Assembly: GCA_026936335.1 (NCBI GenBank)
Contig: JAPMXV010000007.1
Span: 124,001 to 188,000, forward strand
Reading direction: 5' to 3'
Length of the DNA: 64,000 bases
From: Mantamonas sphyraenae STR306
Lineage: Eukaryota; Protista; CRuMs
The notes under the pieces are model-generated. The model had not been told where the DNA came from. It saw only the letters and a list, made by a program, of their open reading frames with translations, and searched no databases. The translations under genes were made by a program, and so were the position numbers. Of the stretch, positions 44,272 through 55,700 are shown one piece after another. Positions within the stretch are counted from its first letter, which is position 1. Every line of letters starts with the position of its first letter.

Positions 44272-47200
44272 TCACGTGGCGGCGGCAAACAACTCCAGGT
44301 ACATCTTGACAAAAGAGTCGGCCAGGTCAGCGTTTGCACTCTTGGTGGTAGTGACGGCGGTTGCAGACTGCAACGACACCACAGTCTCCACGAGCACAAA
44401 GTCCTCGGTCAGAGAGTCCTCCTGGGCGAAAAAGTAAAACTTGATGGTGGAGCCCACCTTGCCCGAGGCAATCACGGCAATGTGGTTCTTCTTCATGGCA
44501 GCAACCACCGTGTTTGTGTTTGGCTCGCGTGCCACCTGGCTTTCGGTCTTGACTCCGCTGCCCAGCCTCTCCCACAGCTGCTGGAACTTCTCCGGCGCCA
44601 GCTGCGGCTTCTCGCGCAGCACCAGTCCCTGTCCCGACTGTTGCTGTTGCTGCGATCCCTGCTGCGAAGTGCCTCCAAGTGGGCCGTCCAAAAAGTCCAG
44701 CAAGCCTCCGCCCAGGCCGCTGCTACTCGACGACACCGTCTGCTTGCCTTTGTCGCCGCTGCCGCCCTGGTCCAGGCTGCCAATGAGCATCTCTGGGCCT
44801 TCGTACGTGTCATCCTCCTCGCCTCCCATCAGATCGTCGTCCCCATCGTCGCCCTCTGCGGCCTGCTCGTAAGCAGTGGGTTGCCCCGAGCCGCCGTCGT
44901 TCTTTGCCCCTTCCTTGTCTGCGTTGTCCTCGCCCACAAACACCGTGTTGGGGACGCTCTCGACGATGAAGCGGTCCGAGGGCTGGCCGTAGATGACGGC
45001 GAGCGTGTTGAACTCCTCCAGCAGTTGGTCGTAGAGCGCATCCTCCTTCTCCTCCACAAACTCCTCCACAACCTGCTTCTCCACGGCCACCACCTTTTCC
45101 GCCTCGGTGACGTCAAACTGCAGCAGGCGGTAGTAAAACATGGCGCGGTCGTGGACGTCGGCGTGCGAAAAGTCGTTGGTGGCCTTTTCCAACAGCGAAC
45201 CCAGCATCTTTTGGCACTCCGGCGGACGCTTGATAAACAGCTTGACGGCGGCGGTGAGCAGAGCCTTTTTGATGGTGGGCGACGTTTCGCTTTCGTAGTC
45301 GTCGACGAGAGACTCGAGCAGGTAGGGGGCCTCCCAGATCTGCTCGCCGTACTCGCCAAGCATCCACACGACGGTGGCCTTGCCCTCGGGGTCCGTGATG
45401 GTGTTGAGGCAGCCCTTGAGGGTGGGGATGATCTCTTGGGCGCGGTCTGGATACTTGCGCAAGAGGTCCTTCATCACGGTGACTGTCTCTGCGCCGATGT
45501 AGTCGACGTCCATCTCCAAAAAGGTGAGCAGCTGGCCAATGCAGAAGGAGGCTCCCTCGGGCACACGCACTGCAATTTTGCCCAGGCAGCGAATGGCCTT
45601 GCGCGCAATATCCATGTCGACGTCGGTGACGGTGGTGGCGAGCTCGGTGGCAATCTCCTCGCCGTTCTCGAGGTCGCAGATGGCGGTCATGATGTCCAGC
45701 TTGAGGGTTTTCAGGTAACTGGGGTCGTTGTAGCGGCAGAAAAAGTGTTTAAACTCGCTGCGGAAGAGTCCCGGATGCTTGCTGACGAGCAGGTTGATGT
45801 GCTTGAGGGTGGCAAAGGCCATTTCGTGGTCCGTGCTCATCAGGGTAACCAGTGGGGCCTTGATGGTTTCCAACACGTCTGCGTGGACTTCGGGCACGCT
45901 CTCGGTGAACTTGAGAAACACATCGATGGTGGCCAGCACCACAGCGCTGTTGGCGTGCTTCAATTTGTCGGTGATCACGTTCTGTGGTGCGAGTGAATGA
46001 GTGAGTGAGTGAGTGAGTGAGGATGTCATGGGTTGCAGAGGAGCTGTAGCAGGGAGAGCGGACACGGAGGGCTGTGGAGTAAAGCCACACACAAACCAAC
46101 ATACCATGATATCGTACATCTCGTCCTCGGACTCGGGTTCGTACTTGCGCAGCAGGTGCATGACCTCGCAGAGACTCCACTCGTTGAACTGGCGCAAGTT
46201 GTTAAGCAAGTGGTAGACAATGGCCTTGTTGAAAGCCATGCCTCCCTCGTCACGAAGGATCTCGTTGAGGGCGTGGATGCAGTTGGTGACCACGGTGCCG
46301 TCGGTGTCCTTCAGCATCTCGTACAAACGGTCGACCATGCCGGATTCTGGAGGGGAGGCAAAGGGGGCGGTGATGGGTGGTTGGGTGAGGGGACGGGAAA
46401 CGAGAGGGAGAAGAGTGTCAGATGTGCCAAGGGAAGAGGATGGCCAGCGTGGGAAAATGAGGCACGAGGAGACGCACCAGTGACCGTTTCCGGCGACACG
46501 TAGAAGAGCTTGATGAGGGCATTGACCGCGTTGCGACGCACATAAGCGGACTGATCAGCCAGGCCCTTCTGGATGGGATCCATAAGGTACTCGACGATGT
46601 TGTGCAACCTGTGCGGGGTGAGCAAAACGGTGAAGCGCAGAAGGTGAGCGGTGGGATTTCCCCTCTCGGGCCCGGAGCGCAGACATACCTCATGGAGCAG
46701 AGGGTGCGCAGAGCCAGACCGCGAACCATGGGATTGTCATCCTCGCAATCTTTGCAGAGGGTGTTGACCGCCATGATGGCCATCTCGGCATTGGAGGCGG
46801 CGTAGTTGACCAGATAGAGGTAGATCAACTTCTTGGACACCATGTCACGTGTGTAGGACGCCTGTGCATGAGAGACAATGTTAGTGGACGAACGCCCACA
46901 AGGCATGGCTGGGAGCTGTGCAGGTTTGCAGAAAGGTGCACGCCCCATGCAACAAGCAACAGAGCGAGACAACGCGGCGAGTTTCGTCATCCCTCTCGTC
47001 TCGTGCCGCGTGCACAGGCGAGAAACGCCACAGCACGCGCAAAGGGGATCGGCAAACGCAACGGGAGGGAAGCGCGGATGGGGATAGGCAGGATCGCCAC
47101 AGGCGCAGATGGACGTACCAGCACCATGTCCGGGAAGAGGCCCGAGACGTCGATGCCTTGGGTCATGTAAGCAATGACCTTCTTGATGACGTCTCGCTTG

Positions 47201-47304
47201 CGGCTGCTGTCGCTGTTGACGTGCTTGCTGCGCAGATGGGCACGCAGCTCATTCACCTCAGCTTTCTTGAGGTCGTTGAAGTACCGACCGCCGGAGGAAG
47301 CCAT
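44272..47304 (-). CDS. AP4B1: Adaptor protein complex beta subunit, AP-4 beta-like; exons 47304-47119, 46861-46689, 46608-46478, 46346-46105, 45981-44272 (~813 aa)
   Basis: [82 protein letters not shown]; single C-terminal platform appendage as in beta4. Confidence 0.85.
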
Positions 47305-47441
47305 GGGGCAAGAAGTTGTGGTGGTGGACCTGGTGAGGCAAGGGTGACCCCGGTTCACACGCAATACACGTTCATTGACACACAAGGGTGTGTGTGGAAG
47401 AAGGGTGTGCGTGAGGATGGGTGAGGGTCATTTGGTTTCGA

Positions 47442-49685
47442 TCAGGCCTTGGTTTCGTCAGCAATGGTTGCCAGTTGCGGCACAGGCTGCGAGGAGGAGG
47501 ACACCGATGACGGCGGGGCATCCTCGTCGGTCACAAGACGTGCATGCCACATGTCCATGACTTCGGCCATCTTCTCTGCAGTGAGTGAGACGTGGGGCGG
47601 GCTGCACTTGTCGCAGCGTTCGATGAGAGCATCTGGACAGCAACTCAGGCCGATACACGCCAGGCAGGAGACCAAAGCTATCTGAGCGACAAGGATGAAG
47701 GTCACAGGCGCATAGATCAAGATGAGCAGAGCCGCGCGCAGGGCATAGAGGGGGGTGTCGAGCAAAATGCTGTAGAGGACCCATGCGACGCGAGACATGG
47801 TCCCACGGATAAATACGCCGGCGTCCTCTCTCCCTGTGAGCCACATGCAGGTCACACGTGCATACGGGGCACCAGCGATGGCCACAAAGAAGTAGAGGAG
47901 AAAAAGGAGGCCGCTGCTGAGAATGTCGCGCGTGGTGTAGGCCTGCACAGCCCACAGCAGCAGCGAGGCCTTTGCACCGTGGAACATGTGCACCAAGTTG
48001 AACACAGACGTAATGTCTGCATGTCTCTGGCCGACAGCCAGGACCCGCGCACGCTTGCTCTGTGCCTGGGTCGCGCGAGCAGCTTTCAGCTGCCCCTCGG
48101 GAATGACACCCCAGCACACTTCACCATCGGAGGCTAACATGCGCCAAAAGTCGCCCAGGCACATGATGGGGAAAAGGGATGTCAACGTGACCACAGCTGT
48201 GACAGTGAATCCGCTGTACTCGGCCTCGTCTCCCTTGCCCAATGGACGCAGGATGAGCCGTTGGCATTGGATGGTGTCCAAGATATAGCTTGCCATCATA
48301 TAGCGCGCCTTGAACGCCGCAACAAGAACGATGGAGGCGGGAAACACAGCCGATGAGGGGGTGTTCACCCAGGCGGCGATGAGGGACCACTGCAGGACGT
48401 CGCAGGCAGGCACGCACCAGTGGTACGGTGCGTAGTCCAACAGATGGTCTTCATCCATCAGATTCGACTGCGTCTTGGCGAGTCGGATGGAGATGACGAT
48501 GCTTGCAAAGTTGAAAACGGGCCCCAGCATCGGGAGCCAGGCAAACGTCAGCCAGCGGCGCATGTTTGCGATCGGCGCCATTTCGTACAGCCAGAACCGA
48601 GAGAGATTGTACACAACGGCTGTGTTTGCCACGCTGCCCACTGTGAGGAGCATCAGACCAAGGCTTGTCACCGCTCGAGGGTTGGTGAGCATGTTCCTTG
48701 TGCTCAGCGCCACAAAGCCGCCCACAAAGACAAACGAGGCCGACACCACGGACAGGTGAAGCCACAGTTTGTGAAAGGGCATCAGGCTGACATTGTCCGG
48801 TGCAAACCACACCACCGACATGATGGAGCACACGGGGGAGGCCAGGGGAACAACCTTTGCCCACCTCACCGCTCGGCTCTCACCTCCACCTTCTTCTCCC
48901 TTGTTCGTCAAAATCAACAGTACCCCAACAATCCCAACCCCAAGCACCAGCCAAGCCGGCCAGGAGGAACCGGCACGTGAGGCACGAAAATCGGGTTTGT
49001 AGCCGATCTGTGCGAGATATTTCCCAAACGGCATCAGGCCCTGTGCGGAGGCTGGCAACTGCTTGCCACACGTCGAATTGTCGTTGTCGTCCGCCCTGGC
49101 CAGAAGCATGCCCTGAGCAAGATCCCATCCTTCCAGGTCGACTGCGTTGTTGGGGCGGGGGTTGTCGATTGGCGAAAAACTTGTGCAGTTCTTCTCCGTG
49201 CAGTGACGCGGCCAGCCGTTGTCAAAGGGGGGCCATTCAATGTTGGGCACACGCAAGGGATTCCACACCCACACTTGCACGGGTTTGTCGAGGCCCTTGG
49301 AGGGGGATGGACCGTCGAGCTGGACCGTGACATCCAAGGCGCCAACACGCGCCAGGGCGTCCTTGAGAAGGGAGCCCTGTGTGCAGCACGGCTGTGTGGC
49401 CTGGGCAGAGGAGAGAACCAAGTTGCAGAGCTGATCAGACCCCTGTGTGACAGTGACTCGGATGGACACCCCTTCAGGAGCCTCGCGCAGTTCCACCAGA
49501 GGCACCAGCGGCAGCTCCACGTCTCCAAAGACCTCAAACTGCTGCGGCAACGTGCGCACCGTCATCGGCCCCAACGAGTCGGCGTAGGGCACAGTGACAA
49601 ACGCAGTGAACAGTGACAAGACAAGCGCAAGGACAAACGGACACGAACGCGTGCACTTGTCCCGGTCGCTGTTTGGAAAGTGCAT
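47442..49685 (-). CDS. Uncharacterised multipass membrane protein (~750 aa)
   Basis: Long ORF with an N-terminal hydrophobic anchor, a Cys-containing ectodomain and about 10-12 hydrophobic helices. Start uncertain. Confidence 0.7.
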   Translation of the reverse strand: MHFPNSDRDKCTRSCPFVLALVLSLFTAFVTVPYADSLGPMTVRTLPQQFEVFGDVELPLVPLVELREAPEGVSIRVTVTQGSDQLCNLVLSSAQATQPCCTQGSLLKDALARVGALDVTVQLDGPSPSKGLDKPVQVWVWNPLRVPNIEWPPFDNGWPRHCTEKNCTSFSPIDNPRPNNAVDLEGWDLAQGMLLARADDNDNSTCGKQLPASAQGLMPFGKYLAQIGYKPDFRASRAGSSWPAWLVLGVGIVGVLLILTNKGEEGGGESRAVRWAKVVPLASPVCSIMSVVWFAPDNVSLMPFHKLWLHLSVVSASFVFVGGFVALSTRNMLTNPRAVTSLGLMLLTVGSVANTAVVYNLSRFWLYEMAPIANMRRWLTFAWLPMLGPVFNFASIVISIRLAKTQSNLMDEDHLLDYAPYHWCVPACDVLQWSLIAAWVNTPSSAVFPASIVLVAAFKARYMMASYILDTIQCQRLILRPLGKGDEAEYSGFTVTAVVTLTSLFPIMCLGDFWRMLASDGEVCWGVIPEGQLKAARATQAQSKRARVLAVGQRHADITSVFNLVHMFHGAKASLLLWAVQAYTTRDILSSGLLFLLYFFVAIAGAPYARVTCMWLTGREDAGVFIRGTMSRVAWVLYSILLDTPLYALRAALLILIYAPVTFILVAQIALVSCLACIGLSCCPDALIERCDKCSPPHVSLTAEKMAEVMDMWHARLVTDEDAPPSSVSSSSQPVPQLATIADETKA

Positions 49686-49798
49686 TGATTTTGTTGTCTG
49701 CGTGTGTGTGTGTGTGCTCATCATCATCATCATCATCCTTGGTTTGGGCAGTACCGCCCAGCTTTCGCATCCTCGCCCCTCCATGGTCACACACAGGA

Positions 49799-51131
49799 TC
49801 ACAGGGTGTCAAAAAGCACATCCAGACCCTGGCCGACCTCCCAGACGGCGATACCACAGCCGAGCTCGTTGGCCAGGGCCACGCGCGCATGCACAGACAT
49901 GGGCGTGGGATAGAACATGACTTGGTTGTCCTTTGTGCGGGCCACATGCTCCTGTGTCTGGGCATCCCACTGCAGCTTGCTTCGGCTCCCCTTCAGTCCT
50001 TCTGCAAAATCCCGTCCCAAAATCGCCCGCCCGCTCCCACTGGCACTGTACATCATTCCGTAAAAGTTGAGTCCAATCAAGAGCTTGTGTGCATCCGTGT
50101 CCACCAGCAGCTGTTCTTCCTCCTTGTCGTTGCCTGCCGCCGGACGCAACACCTGCAGGGCAGACGCACGCACCCAATCCGCCGGTGCGTTGGGTCCAGG
50201 CGACCCACTCCCGCTGTAGTCGTACGTCATCAGACTCAGATGGTCCACAAACGGCGTGTAGAGCTTAAACTCCCCGTGGGCAAACAGAGGCTCAGGCCCT
50301 CGCTGCGGTGGAATCACCATCACAATGCGCTTGCCATGCACCAGTTTCTGCCTCAGCCGCATCACAAAACGCAGAAAGTTGCGGTAGAACAGCGACGTGC
50401 GCGGCACTCCCGTGTCCAGTGTCACCCCGTCCAGGCCGTACCGATCGCAATGCTTGCTCACAGACGTGGCCAGCGCGTCCATGTTCTCGTCCGAGCGCAG
50501 CAGCTTGAGAAAGTCGTCGCCCACCCATCCGTCAAACAGGAACCGCGGCACAAGCTTGGCTTTGCCTGAGCTTGCATCTCGCACCGCCTGCATCCATCCT
50601 CCGTCCACATTGTGCTGCCCCACAACAGCCACACTCCCATCGTCCTGGATCCTGGGTGCACAGAGAGATAGAGGAACACAGAGGGACACACATACACACA
50701 AGCATACACACAGTGTCAGCGACTCGTACTGTGTGAGCCTGAATCACCAACCCCCACCCCCGCACGTACTGCTTCAAATCAAACCACACGGGCGCCACCA
50801 GCGTAAACTTGTTTCCGTAAATCTTGACGGCATCGTAGCCATAGTTGTTCCAGGGCGTGACATACGCCAGGGCGTCGTAGTGTGCCCGTTTCGTCGTCTG
50901 CTGCGGCGTGCTCGCTTCCAGCGCCTTTACCAGAGCCCCACGCGTCACAGACGTCTTGACAAGTCCGCTCCCATACGCATCCCGGCCCTTGGATGACCCT
51001 GCCGCCCCAGAGCTCTTTCTGGTCGACGGTTTCGCTGTCACCTCCAGCACCGTGGCAGCAAGCACAAGCACAAGCACCAGCGCCACTCGCTCGCCCACCC
51101 GTGTTCCACACTGTCGTCCAGACACAGACAT
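49799..51131 (-). CDS. CHID1: Chitinase domain-containing protein 1 (GH18-like, probably non-catalytic); exons 51131-50770 and 50651-49799 (~404 aa)
   Basis: Signal anchor, LAYVTPWNNYGYD, APVW, LMTYDYS..GPNAP, GLNFYG, FYPT, GIAVWEVGQGLD; the DxDxE motif is degenerate (LDGVTLDTG). Confidence 0.88.
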
Positions 51132-51295
51132 GAACCCCAGTTGTTTTGGTGCAGCAACCGCATCAGCGCTTGAGTCATGCGCAGCCGGCTCCAACCCAGT
51201 TCCTCTTTCGTTGTCGAAAAACCCCACCCTGACCCATGTTTGCTCGCAAGCTCGGCAGCTGCTCTGGGTCATCTGCATGCACCACCGTACGACGC

Positions 51296-52639
51296 ATGGC
51301 ATGCCAAAGTGTCGGCCGTGCTGTGTCACGACCCGCATCGTCGACGGCGGGCGCCTTGCGGTTGCCCCGAGCTGCTGTACCGAACCACACCGCCGTCGTG
51401 CACAAGCCACACACGCCCCTTTCCTTGTACAGCCGTTGGGGTGGCGTGTCGGCCTCTCAACGCTCCACCGCCCTGGCCGGAGACGCCGGACGTTCTGTCG
51501 GGACTTCCATGCGCGGCGGCGCCGCACTGATGCACCGCCACAGCCTACGCATGGCGCCGGAAACGCACCCTGCTTCGCCCGCATCGTCCACAAGCGCACC
51601 TGCGGCCACTCTCCACGCGACAGTGGCCAAGGATGGCCAGGACGCCGATGAGGTTGCGTCGAACCGTCGCGAAGAAGATCGGCCGACGACCCCTGGCAAC
51701 AACCAAAACGGCTCTCAGGTGGCTCGTCTGCTTCCTGTGTATGCCTCGCTGTCCAAGGCGCGTCTTGGGGCTTTGGTGGTGGCCACCACGGCCTTTGGGT
51801 TTGCCATGCATCCTGCTGCCGCCCTTACGCTAAGCCAGGTTGGCTTGCTGGCCACCACCTGTGTGGGCACCTCTCTGAGCGTGGCCTCCGCTGCCACCTT
51901 TAACCAATGGTGGGAAGTCGAATCGGATGCCCAAATGCCTCGCACTGCCAACCGGGTGCTGCCTACGCAGCAGATCAGCCGCCAACATGCTTTCAACTTT
52001 GGCCTGGCCACAGGGCTGGCTGGACCCGCCATGCTGGCCCTTGGGGTCAACCCACTCACCGCTGCCCTGGCCGCTTCCAACGTGCTTCTGTACTCGCTCG
52101 TCTACACGCCCATGAAGAAGCACACCACGCTGAACACCTACGTGGGGGCCATTGTCGGCGCCATCCCGCCCATGATGGGTTGGGCCGCACACACGGGCAC
52201 CCTCGACAGTGGCGCCTGGCTTCTGGGTGCCCTTCTCTTCACCTGGCAGCTGCCCCACTTCTTTGCCCTCTCCTACACTATCCGTGGGCAGTACGGCAAG
52301 GCCGGCTACAAGATGCTTGCCTCCTTGCATCCGGAAAAGACCCCCACACGCATCCTGCAAACCAGCCTGGCCATGCTTCCTTTTGGACCCCTTGCTGTGT
52401 ACCTGGACCTGTGTGAGCCCCTCTTTGCCACCACAGCCACCGCCGCAACCGGCTACCTTTGCTACCTCTCCTACCGCTTCTACAACGAGCACACAAACAG
52501 CAACGCCCGCAAAGTCTTCCTTGCCACCCTTCCCTACCTGCCTCTGCTCCTTGCCCTCATGCTGGTCAGCAAAAAGAAGAGAACGACCGGTGAGGGCGAC
52601 GACCAAGACGATCTGCTTCTCCCTACTGCCACAGCATGA
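51296..52639 (+). CDS. COX10: Protoheme IX farnesyltransferase, mitochondrial (heme O synthase)
   Basis: LSKARL..LVVATT, NQWWE..D..M.RT..R.LP, LYSLVYTPMK, NT.VGAIVGAIPPMMGW, WQLPHF; presequence-like N-terminus. Confidence 0.95.
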   Translation: MACQSVGRAVSRPASSTAGALRLPRAAVPNHTAVVHKPHTPLSLYSRWGGVSASQRSTALAGDAGRSVGTSMRGGAALMHRHSLRMAPETHPASPASSTSAPAATLHATVAKDGQDADEVASNRREEDRPTTPGNNQNGSQVARLLPVYASLSKARLGALVVATTAFGFAMHPAAALTLSQVGLLATTCVGTSLSVASAATFNQWWEVESDAQMPRTANRVLPTQQISRQHAFNFGLATGLAGPAMLALGVNPLTAALAASNVLLYSLVYTPMKKHTTLNTYVGAIVGAIPPMMGWAAHTGTLDSGAWLLGALLFTWQLPHFFALSYTIRGQYGKAGYKMLASLHPEKTPTRILQTSLAMLPFGPLAVYLDLCEPLFATTATAATGYLCYLSYRFYNEHTNSNARKVFLATLPYLPLLLALMLVSKKKRTTGEGDDQDDLLLPTATA

Positions 52640-52726
52640 AACGCATGCTTGCAGCTTGCAATGTCAATGAAATCCTCCAACTGAATCCTTCATTTCACCC
52701 TTCGTTTCTGCGTCGTCTCTGCATCA

Positions 52727-55700
52727 TCATGCCATGACCAGCATCGAGGCCAACACACACAGCACCGCCAGAGCCAGAGCAGAGAGATGACCCGTGCTGC
52801 TGGCGTCACTGGCCACAGTGGTGGCCTTGGGCGTGGGCGTAGGTGTGGGCGTGGGGCTGGCCGTTGGCGTGGGGGTTGCGTTGGGCGTGGGTGTGGGCGT
52901 TGCGTTGGGGTTGTACACACTGCAGTCGTCGCCGGTGTAGCCTGTGTTGCAGCTGCAAGAGCCGTCACCATTGCACGTGCCGTGTCCGTTGCAATTGCCT
53001 CCACCCAGGCACGAGCTGGACGTCTGAGCGTCGGTCTCCTGCACCGAGTTGGACACGAAAAAGTCGGTAAAGTGACGGGTGAGGCCGCAGACCTGCGAAC
53101 CATCGGCACTCTCGGTGATGTTGGAGGCGCAGACCACCTTGCGTGCCTCCTCCTTGTAGTAGGCGAAGCACAGCGAGGCGTAGTTGCCCATCAGGTTCTG
53201 CGGGATGAGATCCTTGTCCACACACAGCTTGGTCGGCTGCGGGAAGGGCTCGCTCACGTTGTTGGCATCCACCTCCAACACACTGCTAAAGATGTTGTTG
53301 GTCACACCACCCGTCCACTCGGCCGGTCGCGTGTAGTTCTCGTAGCGAGAGCGCGGTGCACCCTGGATGCGCACGGCGACGGCGTTGCCATCCTTGCCGC
53401 GCACAGCACCAGCCGGGATGGTGATCACACCCAGCTCCGTGCCGTCGCTGCCCACAATGGCAGGCGTCTGCTCGAGGAGCAGCGACACGGTGACACGCAC
53501 GGGCACCAACTGGCGACGGAACGGCGGGGTCGGGCACGTGCGGTTGCCGATGCCTCCCTGGCAGGAGCCGTCCCAGCAGCGCATCGCGTTGGTGCCTGCA
53601 CACAAACACTGCGTCTCGTCGCTCACACAGCGTCCGTCGTCACACTCGACCTTGCCCAGGCCGCAGCTGTCCGACGGCGGGCATGCCTCGCGGCACACCG
53701 AGTCGTCGCACAGGCGCTGGTTGCCCGGACACGTGGGTGCGGCGCCACAGACTGTGGTGCCGGACACACACGTTCCATCGGGACACTTCTTGGGCGTGGT
53801 CTTGGGGCAACGCTTGATGGGGTCGCAGGCGTCAAAGGTGGACGCACAGCTGCCGTCGGGGCACACCACTTCGCCCGTGGCACAGCTGCTAAACGCTCCC
53901 ACTTGGTCGTAGCACAACTTCTGGGAGGCGCGGCACTGGCCGTCGGCACACAGGAACGGGGTTGTGGGATCCGTGCAGGCTGCGGTCTTTGCGCAATCTG
54001 CAGGAGTCTCCACACACTCGCCCAACGGGCAGCGCACAGGCATCTGGTCGGGACAGCGTTGGGCTGCAGCCGCACACGTTGTGGCGTCGCCACAGGTGCC
54101 GTCCACGCAGCGCTTCTGGCCAGACGGGCACGTGGCAAGCGGGCGGCAATCGGTCTCTGTTGCGGCGCAGGAAAAGTCGGCACACTTGACAGGCTTTGTG
54201 GCGGGACACACAGTGGTGGCCACACACTCGCCACGCTTCTGGCACGACCCATCGGGGCAGCGCTGCGGGGTGCCGATGGGGCATCCGTTGACGGTGCGAC
54301 ACGTGCTGCGATCCTGCACACAGGCACCATCGGCACACTTGCTCTGGCCCGAGGGGCAGCCCGTCAGTGCGCTGCAGTTGGCTTCGCTTCCGGCACACTG
54401 GCCATCGGGGCAGCGGAAAGGCATGGTGGCGGGGCAACCCGTGGTCGACGGGCAACTGGCCTGGGTGGCCACACACGAGCGGTCCCAGCAGCGGTACGGC
54501 GTGGCCACAGGGCAGCCGTTGGGGGCCTCGTCCACAGGCTGGGCGGGACATTGGGCCTGGGATTGGACGCAGGAGCCACGGGAGCAGCGCACGGGTGCGT
54601 TGCTGGGGCATCCGTTGCCTGCCAGACACTCGGCCTGAGTGGGCGCACACTTGCCGTTGTTGCACATGACCCAATCCAGGGGGCAGTTGTTGCCCGGCGG
54701 GCATTCGCCCTGGTTGGCGCGGCACTGGCCGTTGGCACAGCGCGTGGGCTTATCCGTGGGGCAGGGAAGCACCACCGAACACTCGTCCGCCGCAGCCACA
54801 CAATCACCATTGGCACACAGCACAGGTCGGTTCACATCCGTGCACAGCGTGCGGTTGATGCGACTGCGCGGGCAGTTGGCAATCGAGGCTGCGCAGAAGC
54901 CGTCCTCGCAGCGAATGGGCGCCGATGCCGGGCACACCGCCGCGGGGCAATCCTGGGCGCGGCTCACACACGAATGGTTGGCACAGCGGAAGGGGGTGGC
55001 CAGCGGGCAGCCGTTGGCCTGCGTGGAGCCACATTCGGCGCGGCACACGCCATCGGCACAACGGGTGGTGCCTGCGGCCGTGCAGGTCGGGGCCTGGGTG
55101 CACGTGGCCTCACACAGACCGTTCCAGCAACGCGACGTGCCGGGCAGGCAGCCGTCGCTGAGTTTAGCGCAGCGGCTGGCGTCGACGGCACAGCTGCTGT
55201 CGGGGCAGCGGAACGGCTGCTTGAACGGACAGGGCACCTCGGGACACGGGGTGCCGGCGGCGTAGCAGCGGCGGTCGGGGCAGCGTTGGGGCTTGTGTGC
55301 AGGGCAAACGTTGTCGCCGGCCACACACTCGGTCACATTGGCCACGCAGCGCTGGTTGGGACAACGGATGGGCGTGGCAACGGGACAGGCCGGAAGATCT
55401 TGGCAGGCGGCCGGACCGCTCACACAGCTGCCGTCGGTGGGGCAAAGGTACGGCGTGGTGCCCTTGCACTCCACGGCCACACAGTCGCGGTTGGAACGCA
55501 CACAGGTGGAATCGGGACACTTGAACGGGGTGTCAGGCGGGCAGGACACAGGCGTGCCACACTGACCCTGGGCATCGGCACATGCACCCGACGGGCAGCG
55601 GCGCACGTTGTTGGGACAGGCTTGCGGGGCAGGGCAGGCGTCGGCGTTGAGGCGACAGCTCAGATCGCTGGCACACAAAAACGTGCGGCCGGGCTGATCG

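Noticed and set aside
49686-49802. Upstream poly-Met/THTH extension of the multipass ORF
   Set aside because: Produced by (CAT)n and (GT)n microsatellites in the spacer; unlikely to be coding.
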